The position numbers and the translations under genes are program-made. This document shows, piece by piece, positions 1-11,206 of a DNA stretch of 64,000 nucleotides. Location: NCBI GenBank assembly GCA_963841685.1, contig CAWJDU010000003.1:1549936-1613935 (forward strand), in the 5' to 3' direction. Numbering within the stretch: the stretch's first letter is position 1; each line of letters begins with the position of its first letter. The notes beneath the pieces were generated by a model. That model did no database searches and was not told where the DNA came from. It saw only the letters and a list, made by a program, of their open reading frames with translations. The DNA is from Vulcanimicrobiota bacterium. GTDB lineage: Bacteria; Vulcanimicrobiota; Vulcanimicrobiia; Vulcanimicrobiales; Vulcanimicrobiaceae.

Positions 1-8
1 CCCGCATC

Positions 9-1311
9 GTGCTGATCTCGGGCACGGCGCGCACGGGAACCACGCTGCTCGCGGAGATCGTCAACGCCGCCGCGGATGCGGGCATCCTGGTCGATTACGG
101 CATCGGCGATCTCATCCGCGACATCCGTGGAATGTTCGCGTTCGAGCAGCGCCATGCGGCCCTCACGAAGACGCATCGCGCGCGACCGCGCGAAGCGCGC
201 GACGTGCCGGACGCCTACGCCACGAACGGCGCGGAGTATCCGCCGCGCTATCCGCGCGAATCGAGCTTCGCGGCGATCATTTCGGCGGTCGTCGCGGCGT
301 CGCTCGGGAAGCCGCCGCTCGCCGTGGCGGGGTCGAAGTCACCGGGACCGCTAAGCTCGCACGATATGCGCCTCGTCGCCGAGCTGTTCGGTGACGTGCG
401 CTACCTGCTGACCGTGCGCAATCCGCTCGCCACGATCAACTCGATGCTCAACCGTCGCAACCTCGCGCGACGCGGATGGGACACGTGGGCGGTCGACGAC
501 GTCGATACGGCGATCGCGGAGTACCGTCGCGGGATCCTGGCGTTGCTGTCGCTCGTGGCGCGCGATCCGCAGTCGTGCTACGTCGTGCCGTACGAGGACA
601 TCGTGGCCGACTACGACGCCGCGGTGGCCGGCATCGAGCGCTTCACCGGACTGCACGCTGCTCTCGGCGGATCGCGACGAGCTCACGCGCAAGAAGCCCG
701 CGTCGCGGGCGATCTTGACGCCGGGCGAGGAGCGAGCGGTGCGTTCGGCGTTCGGCACCGCCATCGACACCTGGGACGACAAGCCGCTTCGCGGCATGCA
801 CGACGGCGGGCGGATCGACGCGCTCGCCGACTGCGTGCAGCGCATCCAGATCGGACATCGGTACACGTACGACGGGGACGGCGACAACCGCGCGTTTCTC
901 GGCGCGGGGTGGAGTCCGCCCGAAAGCGCCGGCGTCTGGAGCGACAACCAGCGCGCGCATGTGATCTTCCGTGTCCGCACCGGGCGTCCGCTGCGGCTGA
1001 TACTCGAAGGCAATTTTTTCTTGCCCCGCGATGATTCGGCGGTCACGTTGCGGATCGAGCACGAAGGCAGCGATCTGTTCACGGCGACGTGCATGTCGGG
1101 ACACGAGGCGGTCGAGTCCGACGGTCCGCGGGTGTTCTTCGGCGGCCATATGCCGCGCAGGCTCGTGACGCGACCGTTCGAGCCGGCTCACGAGCTCGTG
1201 TACATCATGCTGCGCATCGAGAACGCGGTGTCCCCGCTCGAAGCGGGGCTCTCGAACGACGACCGGCTGCTGGGATTTCTGCTGCGCAATTTGACGGTTT
1301 GCGAGGCGTAG
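9..1311 (+). CDS. Sulfotransferase family protein with C-terminal beta domain (one frameshift near 690; may start before the window)
   Basis: 5'-PSB-like loop ISGTARTGTTLL, 3'-PB-like RNPLATINS, VPYEDIV. Continues in the 715..1311 frame (FLGAGWSPPESAGVWSD...DDRLLG). Confidence 0.7.
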
Positions 1312-1358
1312 CGCAAACGCGGTAGAGATCTCAGTGCGGCGTGGGCGTCGCATTACGC

Positions 1359-1433
1359 GCTGGCGTAGCTTAGTGGTAAAGCACGTGCATGGTAAGTACG
1401 AGACCGTGGGTTCAATCCCCACCGCCAGCTCCA
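1359..1433 (+). tRNA. tRNA-Thr(GGT)
   Basis: Acceptor stem GCTGGCG/CGCCAGC, D-loop AGTGGTAAA, anticodon arm CGTGC-ATGGTAA-GTACG, T-loop GTTCAAT, encoded CCA. Confidence 0.95.
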
Positions 1434-1438
1434 ATGAC

Positions 1439-1476
1439 GACGAGGCCCTTCGCGACGCGGAGGGTCTCGTCGCTTT
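1439..1476 (+). terminator. Hairpin/terminator after tRNA-Thr
   Basis: GACGAGGCCCTTCGC/GCGGAGGGTCTCGTC stem followed by a short T tract. Confidence 0.55.
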
Positions 1477-1496
1477 CCTGAGTAGCAGACGGCGTC

Positions 1497-2453
1497 ATGG
1501 CCCTCGCCGTCTCCGCCGATAGCGCCAAGCGCGCCCTCTTCGAACGCCTCATCGACGATGCGGGACTCTTTCCGCCGGCCGAGCTGCCGATGCGCGTTGC
1601 GCTGCGGCATCATCTGCGCCACCGGGAGAGCGCGTATCGCTGGGTGACCGGGCGCTTCGTCGTTCCGGCATCGCGCATCGACGAGTTCATCGCCGCGCGC
1701 GCGGCGGAGAGCGCTCCGGTCGAGCTCTCCGTGATCCTCGATGCCGGCATGCTCGGCGCGAAGGGCGACACCGTCCGCGCCGACCTCCATCGCATCGAAC
1801 GCGCAGCGAGCATCTCCGGCGTCATCGGTGTCGTCGCTCGAAGCGCGGTTGCCGAACGTGCCGCTCGACGCCGCGGCGCTGCAGCGCATCGTCGCGGATG
1901 TGCTCGAGCGCTATCCGTCCGCGGACGTCGCGTTCTGGTACGAGTCGACGTACGCCGGCGGCTGGCGCACGCCGCCGGACGCGTGGCTGCCGGTGCTCGC
2001 CGTGCGCGCGCATCGGCGCCCGCGCACGTGACGCTCGGCGCGAAGGTGCGCTGCGGCGGCACGGCGTCCGATGCGACGCCGACGGTCGACGACCTCGCCG
2101 CGTTCATCGTCGCGGCGCACGCGCACGACGTGCCGTGGAAGGCGTCGGCCGGGCTGCACCACCCGATCCGCGGCGTCGCCGATGACAACGGTACCGCCGC
2201 GCACGGTTTCCTCAACGTCTTCCTCGCCGGCATCGCGTTGCACGCGGGCGCGATGGAACCGTCGCGCGTCGCCGACATGCTGGCGGACGACGACCGTGAG
2301 GCGTTCGTCGTCGATCCCACCCACGCGGCGTGGCGCGACGTGCGCGTCGAAGCGGCCGCGATCGCGGCCGCACGCGCGCGCTGCGTCGCATTCGGCAGCT
2401 GCAGCTTCGCGGAGCCGGTGAACGATCTGCGGGAGCTCGGCATCCTGCTGTGA
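1497..2453 (+). CDS. Conserved hypothetical protein, translationally coupled to fumarylacetoacetase (compensating frameshifts)
   Basis: LIDDAGLFPPA, KVRCGG, WKASAGLHHP, HGFLN and FGSCSF motifs. GTGA overlap with the next gene. Confidence 0.75.
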   Translation: MALAVSADSAKRALFERLIDDAGLFPPAELPMRVALRHHLRHRESAYRWVTGRFVVPASRIDEFIAARAAESAPVELSVILDAGMLGAKGDTVRADLHRIERAASISGVIGVVARSAVAERAARRRGAAAHRRGCARALSVRGRRVLVRVDVRRRLAHAAGRVAAGARRARASAPAHVTLGAKVRCGGTASDATPTVDDLAAFIVAAHAHDVPWKASAGLHHPIRGVADDNGTAAHGFLNVFLAGIALHAGAMEPSRVADMLADDDREAFVVDPTHAAWRDVRVEAAAIAAARARCVAFGSCSFAEPVNDLRELGILL

Positions 2454-3677
2454 TCGACCCGCGCGATTTCGGCATCGACAACCTGCCCTTCGGGCATCAT
2501 CTCGGACGAGCGCAACGACCGGCCGCGGCCCGCGGTCGCGTTTCACGACGCCGTCATCGACCTGGACGCGTTGACGCGCGACGGCACGCTCGACGCCGCA
2601 TCGTTGCGCGGCGCGGAGACGCTGAACGGGTTCCTCGGCGAAGGTCGCGCCGAGTGGCGCAACGTCCGCTCGCGGCTGACGGAACTGCTCGGACCGGCCG
2701 CGACGCACGACGAGCGCGCCGCCGTCGAGCGTGCGACGCTGTCGCGCGACGCGGTGAGGATGCATCTCCCGGTCGCGATCGGCGACTACGTCGACTTCTA
2801 CTCGTCGCTCGAGCACGCGACGAACGTCGGCCGCATCTTCCGTCCGGACGCGGAGCCGCTGCTGCCGAACTACCGTCACGTGCCGATCGGCTACCACGGC
2901 CGGTCCGGGACCGTCGTCGTCAGCGGTACGCCGATTCGCCGTCCGCGCGGGCAGCAGAAAGCGCCGGACGCAGCGGCGCCGACGTTCGGGCCGTCGACGA
3001 TGCTCGACGTGGAGCTCGAGATGGGTTGGATCGCCGGCGGCGCGACGACGTACGGCGAACCGGTGTCGGCGGACGCGGTGCGCGAGCACGTCTTCGGCTA
3101 CGTGCTGCTCAACGACTGGAGCGCGCGCGACATCCAAGCCTGGGAGTACCAGCCGCTCGGACCGTTCCTCGCCAAGTCGTTCGCGACGTCGATCTCGCCG
3201 TGGATCGTCACGCTCGACGCGCTCGAGCCGTTCCGCGTCGACGAGCCGCTGCACGATCCCGAACCGCTCCCGTACTTGCGCAGCCGTAAGCATTGGGCGT
3301 ACGACATCGAGCTCGAGCTCTTGTTACAGACGAACGCGATGCGCGAGCGCGACCAGGACGCGGTCGTCGATCTCGCGCACGAACTTTCGCGGCATGTACT
3401 GGACGGTCGCCCAGCAGCTCGCGCACGTCACCTCGAACGGCGCGCACCTTCGTCCCGGGCGACCTCTTCGGCACCGGCACGATCTCGGGCGCCGAGCAGA
3501 ACACGCTACGGCTCGCTGCTCGAGCTCACGCATCGCGGCGCGAATCCGATCGTGCTGCCGTCCGGCGAAACCCGCGCGTTTCTCGAGGACGGCGACACCG
3601 TCATCATCCGCGGGCGGGCCAAAAACGACACGGCTCGCGTCGGGTTCGGCGACGTTGTCGGTACGATCGTCGCTTAG
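2450..3677 (+). CDS. fahA: Fumarylacetoacetase (frameshifted)
   Basis: FGIDNLPFG, GDYVDFYSSLEHATNVG, PIGYHGRS, LDVELE, NDWSARDIQAWEYQPLGPF, FLEDGD. Confidence 0.93.
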
Positions 3678-3695
3678 GGCTTCAACTCGCGCGTA

Positions 3696-3848
3696 GTCGC
3701 GGGGGCGGCGTGCGGTGCTCCGGTCGGGGACGCCCCACGTTCGCCCGTCATGGGCGAACGTCGGGCTCGGCGCTTCGCGCGCTCCCGCAGTCCTGCGGGA
3801 GCGGACTTCGCGACGCCCCGCCGGAGCACCGCACGCCGCCCCCGCGAC
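3696..3848. repeat. Nested palindromic intergenic element (REP/MITE-like)
   Basis: Perfect 28-nt inverted repeat, 3696-3723 vs 3821-3848, enclosing two further hairpins of about 10 bp (3737-3761, 3780-3803). Confidence 0.85.
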
Positions 3849-3893
3849 ATGGTCGCGATCCGTGCCCGCGACGATCGTGCCGTCGCGTGCGGT

Positions 3894-4047
3894 TCAGCCC
3901 TTCGGTGTGCGTCTCGATCGTCACCGTCTCGCCGCGCCGCGGTTTTTCCTCGACGACGCGCTTCTCGACGACGGTGGCCGGCTGTTCCACGACCGTGCGC
4001 TTTTCGACCGTCGTCTCTTTGGTTTCTTTGACGTGTTCGGTTGCCAT
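3894..4047 (-). CDS. Small hypothetical Val/Glu/Thr-rich protein (3' end uncertain)
   Basis: MATEHVKETKETTVEKRTVVEQPATVVEKRVVEEKP...; a probable stop near 3894 requires a 1-nt indel. Confidence 0.5.
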
Positions 4048-4164
4048 GGCGCGGTTGTTCCCGGCGCGTGCCGCGTGCTCGGTCGCTTGACTACGCGTTC
4101 GTGTGGAGAACGGCGCGCGAGCGCGCGCCGCGGCCGGGCACGGCCGTCACGCTGAAGTCGTGCG

Positions 4165-6864
4165 TCAGCGCGGAGACGAGGTAGAGTCCGCGCCCGGACT
4201 CCGCGTCATGCGGCGGAAGCGCGCGGCGCACGCGTGTAACCCGGGCCGTCGTCGATCACGGAGAGGACGGGGCTGCCGGTCGCATCCCATGCGAGGTCGA
4301 CGTCGATCTCGCCCGGAGCATGGCGCAGCGCGTTGCCGACGAGCTCGCCGAAGACGACGTGCGTGGCGAGGACGTCCATCGCCGGAGCGGCCTGCACGAG
4401 CGCGTCGACGACGTTCTCGAGGACGTCGCGCGCACGCGCACGGTCGCGCGGATCGACGCGCCAGCGGTACGTCCACGGCGCTTCGCCGTGCGCGTGCAGC
4501 GGCGTTCGTACCGTCAGCACCGCGACGTCGTCACGCGGGCCTTCGTCGAGCACGCGCGCGACGAGCGATGCAGCGGTGCGCGCCGTGCGCGAGCGCGTCG
4601 TCCTGCAGCGCGGCGACCAGACGGCGCTCGCCTTCGGCGATGTCGCGCGTCGATTCGACGAGTCCGTCGGTGAAGAAGACGCAGAGCGCGCCGGGCGGCA
4701 GCACCACCGTCGTCGCCGGCGGTTGCGGGCCGTCGCGCAAGCCGAGCGGAAGTCCGTGCGCCGGCAGCCGGCGCACCGCGCCGTCCGGATCGCGCACGAA
4801 CGGCGGCGGGTGTCCCGCGGTCGCGAACGTCAGCGTTCCCGCGCGCACGTCGAGCAGTCCGACGAGCGCGGTGACGATCGCGTCGGGATGCGCGCGGCGC
4901 AGCACGCCGTCGGCCGCATCGAGCAAGCGCACGGGATCGGGCTCGTACATCGCGAGCGCCTCGATCGCTTGGCGCATCCGGCCCATGATCACGGCCGCGG
5001 TGAGGCCGCGTCCGGTGACGTCGCCGATCGAGACGATGACGTTGCCGTCCGCCAGAGCGATCGCATCGTACCAGTCGCCGCCGATCTCGGCTTCCGTCGC
5101 GCCCGGGTAGTACACGGCGTCGAACGCGACGCCTTCGACCGCCGGCAAAGCGGCGGGCAACATCGCGCGCTGCAGCGTCACGGCGACGTGATGCTCGCGC
5201 TGGTAGAGCTCGGCGTTCTCGATCGCGACGGAGGCGCGCGCAGCGAGCTCGTCGAGCAGCGTCGCGTCGTTGCCGTCGAACGCGCGCGTCGCGGCGCAGC
5301 GCCACGATCCCGAGGTCCGCGTCACGATGGCGCAGCGGGACGCGCAGCTCGTGCGCATCCGCGCCGGGAACGCTCGTGCGGCGTACGACGGCGCGTCCCG
5401 CGCGCAGCGTGATCGTCGCTTCGGACGCAAGCTCCTCGACGAGCAGGTCGGCGAACCGCCCGAGCAGCGTGTCGATGTCGAGCGAGCCGCTCAGCACGTC
5501 GCTGCCGCGCGCCAGCACACGATACTGCGTCTCGATCGCGAGGCGCTGCGTGATGTCCGTGAACATCGCCAGCGATCCCGAATACGTGCCGGTCGCGTCG
5601 TACAACGGGTTCGATGCGACCAGGACGGCGACGGTGCGCCCGTCGCGGTGGACGATCCGCGCCTCGCGACGCTGTCCGCGGCCGGCATGATGCTCGTCGA
5701 AGATGCGCGCCACGTCGGCGCGTCGGGAGCTTTCGACGAACGCCAGCATGTCGCGGCCGTACATCTCGTCGGGATGGTAGCCGAGCATCTCGCTCATCCG
5801 CAGGTTGACGTAGCGCGTGCGGCGCGCATCGTCCGTGATCCACACGCCTTCCTGCGCCGTGTCGATGATGCCGCGGTACCGCGACTCGCTGGCGGCGAGG
5901 TCGCGGTAGAGCCGCGCGTTCGCGAGCGCGACCGCCGCGCGACGCGCGACCTCTTCCGCGTCGTCGATGTCGGCCGCCGAGAACCGGCGTCCGGTGCCGG
6001 TGACGCTTCCGAACGTCAGCACGCCGATGCGCTCGCCGGCCGCGATCATCGGCACGTAGGCGATCGACGCGATCGGAAGCGTGCGGGCGAACGCGAGGTG
6101 CGCGTCGCTCCACGTCGTCGCGCGCAGCCACGCATCGTCACAGGTCGAAACGATCTGCGTGCGCCCGCCGCGCAGCACGAGGTTGATCGGATGGTTCGCC
6201 GCTTCGGGCGGCGGCGCGAACGCTTTGAGCGAGCCCGACACGTCGCCGAGGCGTCCGCTCTCGACGGCGATGCGTTCGAGCCGGCCGCTCGGCGTTCACG
6301 ACGTCGACGAACGCGAAGTCGGCGAAATCTTCGCACATCGCCGAAACGACGGTGCGCGCCGTCCGCTCGAACTCGAGCGACTCCGTGAACGCGGCGCCGA
6401 GCCGGTCGAGGATCGCGCGCCGCTGCACGGCGCGGTACTGGTCGTCGACGTCCGTCGCCGTTCCGTACCACCGCCCGATCGCGCCGTGTTCGTCGCGCAC
6501 GCCGACCGCGCGGATGACGAACCAGCGGTACGCGCCGTCGTGGCGGCGGAGCCGGTACGGGACGGCTGCCCTCGAACGTGCCGGTCGCGGCGGCGAGCTC
6601 CCAAAGCCGCTGCACGTCGGCGGCGTCGTCCGGATGCAGCACCGCGTTCCACCCGTTGCCGCGCGCGGCAGCGAACGGCATTCCCGTGTAGCGCACCCAG
6701 CGCTCGTTGACGTGCGTCGCCTCTCCGTGCGGATCGCTGGCCCAGACGAGCTGCGGGATCGAATCGGCGAACGACGCGAGCTCGCGTTCGATCGCCACCG
6801 GTTGCGTCAGGTCCGCGGCGGCGACCTCCGCGCCGGACACGGTCGCGACCTCAGATCGGATCAT
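4165..6864 (-). CDS. PAS/GAF/PAS/SpoIIE (PP2C) phosphatase with C-terminal HATPase anti-sigma-like domain (several frameshifts)
   Basis: PAS motifs (ADSIPQLVW, WYGTATDVDD, TAQEGVW), EIGGDWYD, IGDVTGRG, FTDGLVE, ELVGNALRHA, DDGPG. Confidence 0.85.
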
Positions 6865-8407
6865 GGTAACCCCGCGCGATCATCGCTTCGCTCTGCCGCC
6901 GCGCTTCGCGGTAGACGATCCGCTTGCGCGGCATCGTCGGCGGCGCGCTCCGCGAGCAGCTTCGCGAGCTCTTCGTCGAAGAAGCGCGTGACGTCCGCGG
7001 CACTGTGCATGCCGTGGCGGATGCGCTGCGTGATCATGAGCCGGTAGATGCGGTCGGTCGCGAGGTCTTCCATGTAGCCGTCGATGCAGCGACGCGCCGA
7101 GCCCGCTCAGGTATCCGTGGCGGTAGCGGATGACGGTCCGCACTGCGGCGCGCGTGCCCGCTTCGGTCTTCCGCCCGACGCCTTCGATCGAGGGCAGCAG
7201 ATCGGGCGTCGCGTTCGCGCCCGGCTTGCGCTTGAAGCCCTGGTTCGGCTGCGGAAACTGCGCGACCGCGATCTCGTTCTGATCGGGATGCCCGGTCCAC
7301 GCGCCGTCGAACAGCGCGTTCGCTTCGTTGCGCTTGTCCTGCTTCGAGCACCGCCATCGCGCGCGCGTTGAGCTCGGGGTTCGAGCGGTCGGGGAAGAGC
7401 GCGGTCATGCCGCCGACGGCGAGCAAGCCGTGGCGGTGCGACACTTCCGGGATGCGCTCGCGCAGGTTCTGGAAGAACGCGACGTCGTGCGGGATCGTGT
7501 TGCGGTCCGGCAGCACCCACGTCGGATCTTCGAGGTTGAAGTCGATCAGCGACGCCATGTAGTCCCAGCGTCCGAGGTTCAGCCCGAGCAAGATGGTCGC
7601 GCAGGTTGTACGCGAACTCCTCGATCTCGTACGCGAACGGGAACGCCTCGACGAGCGCCATCGCCTTGATCGCATGCGGCTCGAGCCCTTTGGCGCGCGC
7701 GACCGCTTGGAACACGTCGCGCCACCACAGCCCCTCCTCGGCCGATTCCGACTTCGCGATGTAGATCGCGAGCGGGTGCTTCAGTCGCGAGAAATCGAGC
7801 TTGTAGGCGAGCAGCGCGAGATCGAACAGCGCGCGCCGACGTCGGCTCGTCATAGATCCCGGCCTGCGCGAGGTGCAGGCCGCGTACGCGCGTCCACAGC
7901 ACGACGTCGGACGGCTTGATGCCGACGACGCTGCCGCCGCGCTTCGCGTCGACGTACGTCAGCTCGCCGTAGTACATCGCGATCGCGTTGTCGATGCCGG
8001 CCAGCGTGCGCGAAAACTCGTTCGCCATCGAGTCTTCGAGGTCGACCATCACGGCAGGCGATCCCGAGTTCAGCAGCTTCACGCAGAGCTCGGCGTCGTC
8101 GGACGGGCCGGTCATCTGGTTGCGCTGGTCGGCACACCACGCGGGAAGCTCGATGCGCCAGTCGCCTTGCGCCTCGGACGCCTGACGGTAGCGGGGCTTG
8201 TCGCCGCGCTGCGACGCCTCGAGCACGGCGCGGCGTTTCCGAGTGCAGCTCGCGCTGCCGCCGCGTGAACGCGTCGTGCAGGGGACGGTAGAAGGCCGCA
8301 AAGCCCGCGGGAAGGTCGCGCTCGATGGAAAAACCCGCCGGAGCGGTGCTCATCGGCGGGATGTGCTCGGCGGCGCCGGCGGCGGTCCGACCCGTCTGCG
8401 TCTGCAT
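6861..8407 (-). CDS. aceB: Malate synthase (frameshifted)
   Basis: QMTGP, MVDLEDS, RVRGLHL, YIAKSES, GLNLGRWDY, GGMTA, MEDLATDRI. Confidence 0.88.
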
Positions 8408-8443
8408 GAGCCGCACATTCGCTGCGGGAAGGGTTCGACCCGT

Positions 8444-8517
8444 GCGCCCGTAGCTCAACAGGATAGAGCGAGGCACTCCTAAGGCCGAGGTTGGCGGTTC
8501 GAGTCCGCCCGGGCGCG
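8444..8517 (+). tRNA. tRNA-Arg(CCT)
   Basis: GCGCCCG/CGGGCGC acceptor stem, AGGATAGAGC D-arm, CTCCTAA loop, GTTCGAGT T-loop. Anticodon stem imperfect (likely read error); no encoded CCA. Confidence 0.85.
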
Positions 8518-8549
8518 AAATGCCTCGTCAGTTCGAGGTTCACCGGCTC

Positions 8550-8575
8550 CGCTGACATCTTACGCTGACACCTTA
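8550..8575 (+). repeat. 13-nt tandem direct repeat, candidate integrase arm-type sites
   Basis: CGCTGACATCTTA CGCTGACACCTTA, about 30 nt 3' of tRNA-Arg and upstream of an integrase fragment. Confidence 0.55.
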
Positions 8576-8667
8576 TCGTGCAGGCGTGCGGCGCAACGCG
8601 GAAAAGCGCGCGAACATGACTGCTACAGGCTGTCACGTTCGGTTTTTGGCGTACGCGGCCAGGTGCG

Positions 8668-9066
8668 TTGAACGATAGCAGTTCGGCGAACGATCGCGCT
8701 GCTCCGCGCAGACGCCGGAAACGGCGCGAATACGAGCCTGGGGGGCGTCGGAATCGTCAGCGCGGGTTCACCACCTATCAACGCGCGGATGGCCGCTGGG
8801 TGGCCCGCAAATCGCGCCCGCAGGGCACACCGTTGTACGCGTACGGCCGAAGTGCCGCCGAGGCAGAGGACAAGTTGCGGGTCAAGGTAGCTGCCGGATC
8901 ACGTCCAGCGGCACATCGGCAAACGCTGGTGCGGTTTGTTGAGGGCTGGATCGCGGAGGAGCACAGCGCCGGCCGATTCGCTGGCGGGACGGCCGACTCG
9001 CGACGGCTTCGTAATGTACCGCGTCGAGCTGCGGCAGCAGAGAAAGCCCGGGCCCGCGTGAGGTGA
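8668..9066 (+). pseudogene. N-terminal fragment of a phage-type tyrosine integrase
   Basis: YQRADGRWVA...YAYGRSAAEAEDKL...QTLVRFVEGW resembles integrase arm-binding N-termini. No catalytic domain follows; adjacent to a tRNA. Confidence 0.6.
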
Positions 9067-9105
9067 AAATCAACGCCCCGCGAGGTTCGCACTCACGGGG
9101 CGCTC

Positions 9106-9320
9106 ATGGGAACGGGACCGACTACTACTCGCGAACGCGGGATGCTCGACAAGATCGGCGGGATGGCGTACGTCAACACGCTGCTCGACGCCGTTCAGAC
9201 CGCCGCATCCGCCGAATACTACGCCCGCGTCGTCAAGGAAAAATCGACGCTTCGCGGTCTCATCGCGGCCGGGAACAACATCGCCGAGCTGGGATATGCC
9301 GGGCTCGAAGCGCTACGAAT
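9106..9320 (+). pseudogene. Fragment of the DnaB helicase N-terminal domain
   Basis: GMLDKIGGMAYVNTLLDAVQTAASAEYYARVVKEKSTLRGLIAAG is typical DnaB N-domain sequence; truncated at both ends. Confidence 0.75.
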
Positions 9321-10676
9321 CTACTGCCGTGTACTGTCTCCATGCGCGGGGCCCGGCTCGCGCCGCGCGATCGTTTGCACGAACGTGCGGAGTTGATCGA
9401 TCTCGTGCTGCATAACGACTTGCGTCGTGTGCAGCTGAAGGTCTTTAGAGCGAAGCTCGCGCTGCTGCGCGGTCAGCGTGGCGTTCTGCGCGCGGAGGGT
9501 GGCGGTTCGCGCCTGCAGGGTCGCGTTCTGTGCGCGCAGCGCTTTGATGGCCGCGAGCGCGATTCCGTCTTCATCGATCGACGTGATGTGACGATCGTCC
9601 TCGCCCACCCCGAACGCCGCGTAGAAGTCCTGCGCCATCGGGCCGACGTGCCGGACGCCGCGTTCCGAGACATAGCTCCACGTGCTGATCGGCAAGCTCG
9701 CGACCTTGTCGAGCACTTCGGCGTCATCGATGCGCGCGACGTTCGTCTTCATCGCGCGATCGCTCGCGGACGCCCACGTGCCCGAGCCGCTGGCGAGCGT
9801 TGCGCCGACGGTGTTGCTCGCGTTCGTCCAGAAGGTGAAGCCTCCCGAGGAGCGGGCGAGGAATTGATTGTCCACCGTCGACGTCAGCTGCGTCGCACCG
9901 CTGGAGTCGTCGCTCCACACGAACGATCCGGGGGTCGCTGCATTCGAGTTCACGCCCGCCGCGAGGCTTTGGTTCCCGGACGCCGTGTTTTTCGAGCCGC
10001 CCAGGACGGTCGCGTGCTCACCCGACGCGGTGTTGTTCGCCCCGCCCGAGACGTTCGACGCGTTGCCCGATGCCCTGTTCGTGTTGCCGCCGGCGACGGT
10101 CCCCCATTCGGCCGTCACCGAGTTGTTCAAACCGCCCCCGATGGTGCCGTACGTGGTGTTCCCGCCCGAAATCGAGTTCGTGTAGCCTCCGCCGATCACC
10201 GAAGCCGCCACCGAAACAGCGTTACCGTAGCCGCCGCCGATGACGGAGTTCGGCGCGGTCAGCGCGTTCTGGATGCCTCCGCCGATGACGGACTGGTAGC
10301 CGTTCCCGCTGATCGAGTTGACGAAGCCGGAGCCAATCCACGAGTAGTACGCCGTGTTCCCACCGCTCGAGATGTCGTTGCCGTACCCACCGCCGATCGA
10401 GCTCAATTCGTCGCACACTTCGTTGCTGTAGCCTTCGAGGACGCCGGAGTATGCGCCGCCCGCGATGTTACCGGTGCCGCCGCCGACGAATGCGTCGGTG
10501 CCCGTTCCAGAACACGACGGTGCGCTTTGGACGCGGCGTACGCCGCTCATGGGTGCGGCCGGTGCGCCTTTGGCGGGGAGCAGGCCGCCCGGCGCGGTGC
10601 TCGCGCTCGAGCCGCCTCCCGCGCACGCTGTGAGTAGCGCGGCACAGATCAATACCGGCGCGCAAAACAATCGCAT
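9321..10676 (-). CDS. Lipoprotein with Gly-rich repeats and a C-terminal Peptidase_S74 (tail-fibre chaperone) domain, copy 1
   Basis: Lipobox LLTAC; IGGGxxN repeats; SDRAMKTNV, WSY, HVGPMAQDF; coiled-coil tail. Confidence 0.85.
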   Translation of the reverse strand: MRLFCAPVLICAALLTACAGGGSSASTAPGGLLPAKGAPAAPMSGVRRVQSAPSCSGTGTDAFVGGGTGNIAGGAYSGVLEGYSNEVCDELSSIGGGYGNDISSGGNTAYYSWIGSGFVNSISGNGYQSVIGGGIQNALTAPNSVIGGGYGNAVSVAASVIGGGYTNSISGGNTTYGTIGGGLNNSVTAEWGTVAGGNTNRASGNASNVSGGANNTASGEHATVLGGSKNTASGNQSLAAGVNSNAATPGSFVWSDDSSGATQLTSTVDNQFLARSSGGFTFWTNASNTVGATLASGSGTWASASDRAMKTNVARIDDAEVLDKVASLPISTWSYVSERGVRHVGPMAQDFYAAFGVGEDDRHITSIDEDGIALAAIKALRAQNATLQARTATLRAQNATLTAQQRELRSKDLQLHTTQVVMQHEIDQLRTFVQTIARREPGPAHGDSTRQ

Positions 10677-11206
10677 CGACAGCTACCTCTCGGCCGCAGC
10701 ATCGCAAGAAGCGGCCGCGTAGGGCCGCAGGGTGGGAGAAGCTACCGTCCTTTAGCCGCCGTCATACGGCTTCCTACTGTCGCTGCGGTACCGTAGCGTC
10801 GCCCCCAGGCAGAGAAGATGCGGGTGAAGCGCTGCGCGTCACCGCCGAGACCTTCTTGCCTTCGAGTTTCGCTAGACGTGCTTCGATTCGAGCAAGTCGC
10901 TCCGATACCGATCCGTCACGATCACCGAAGGCAAGCTCGTACGGGTCGACGCGAAGCAGCGACGCGATCCGAAGACCGAGCGCGAACGCCTACGGCCGTC
11001 GGCCGTTCAACGACGCGGATGCCGTTGACGAATACGTCCTTCAGGCGGCCCGCGGTGACGACGACGCTGCCGCGATCGGCGTGCGCGTGCTGTGAGCGGC
11101 GCGCTCGGCGCGCCGTCGGCCTATTTCACGATACCGGCGAGTACGCCGCAACCGTATACTTGTGGGGCGTCCGCCGATTACGGCCCGCGTACCCTTGCTG
11201 AGGCTC

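Noticed and set aside
10818-11200. Short ORFs between S74 copy 1 and the SPFH gene
   Set aside because: No recognisable family; at most a decayed fragment.
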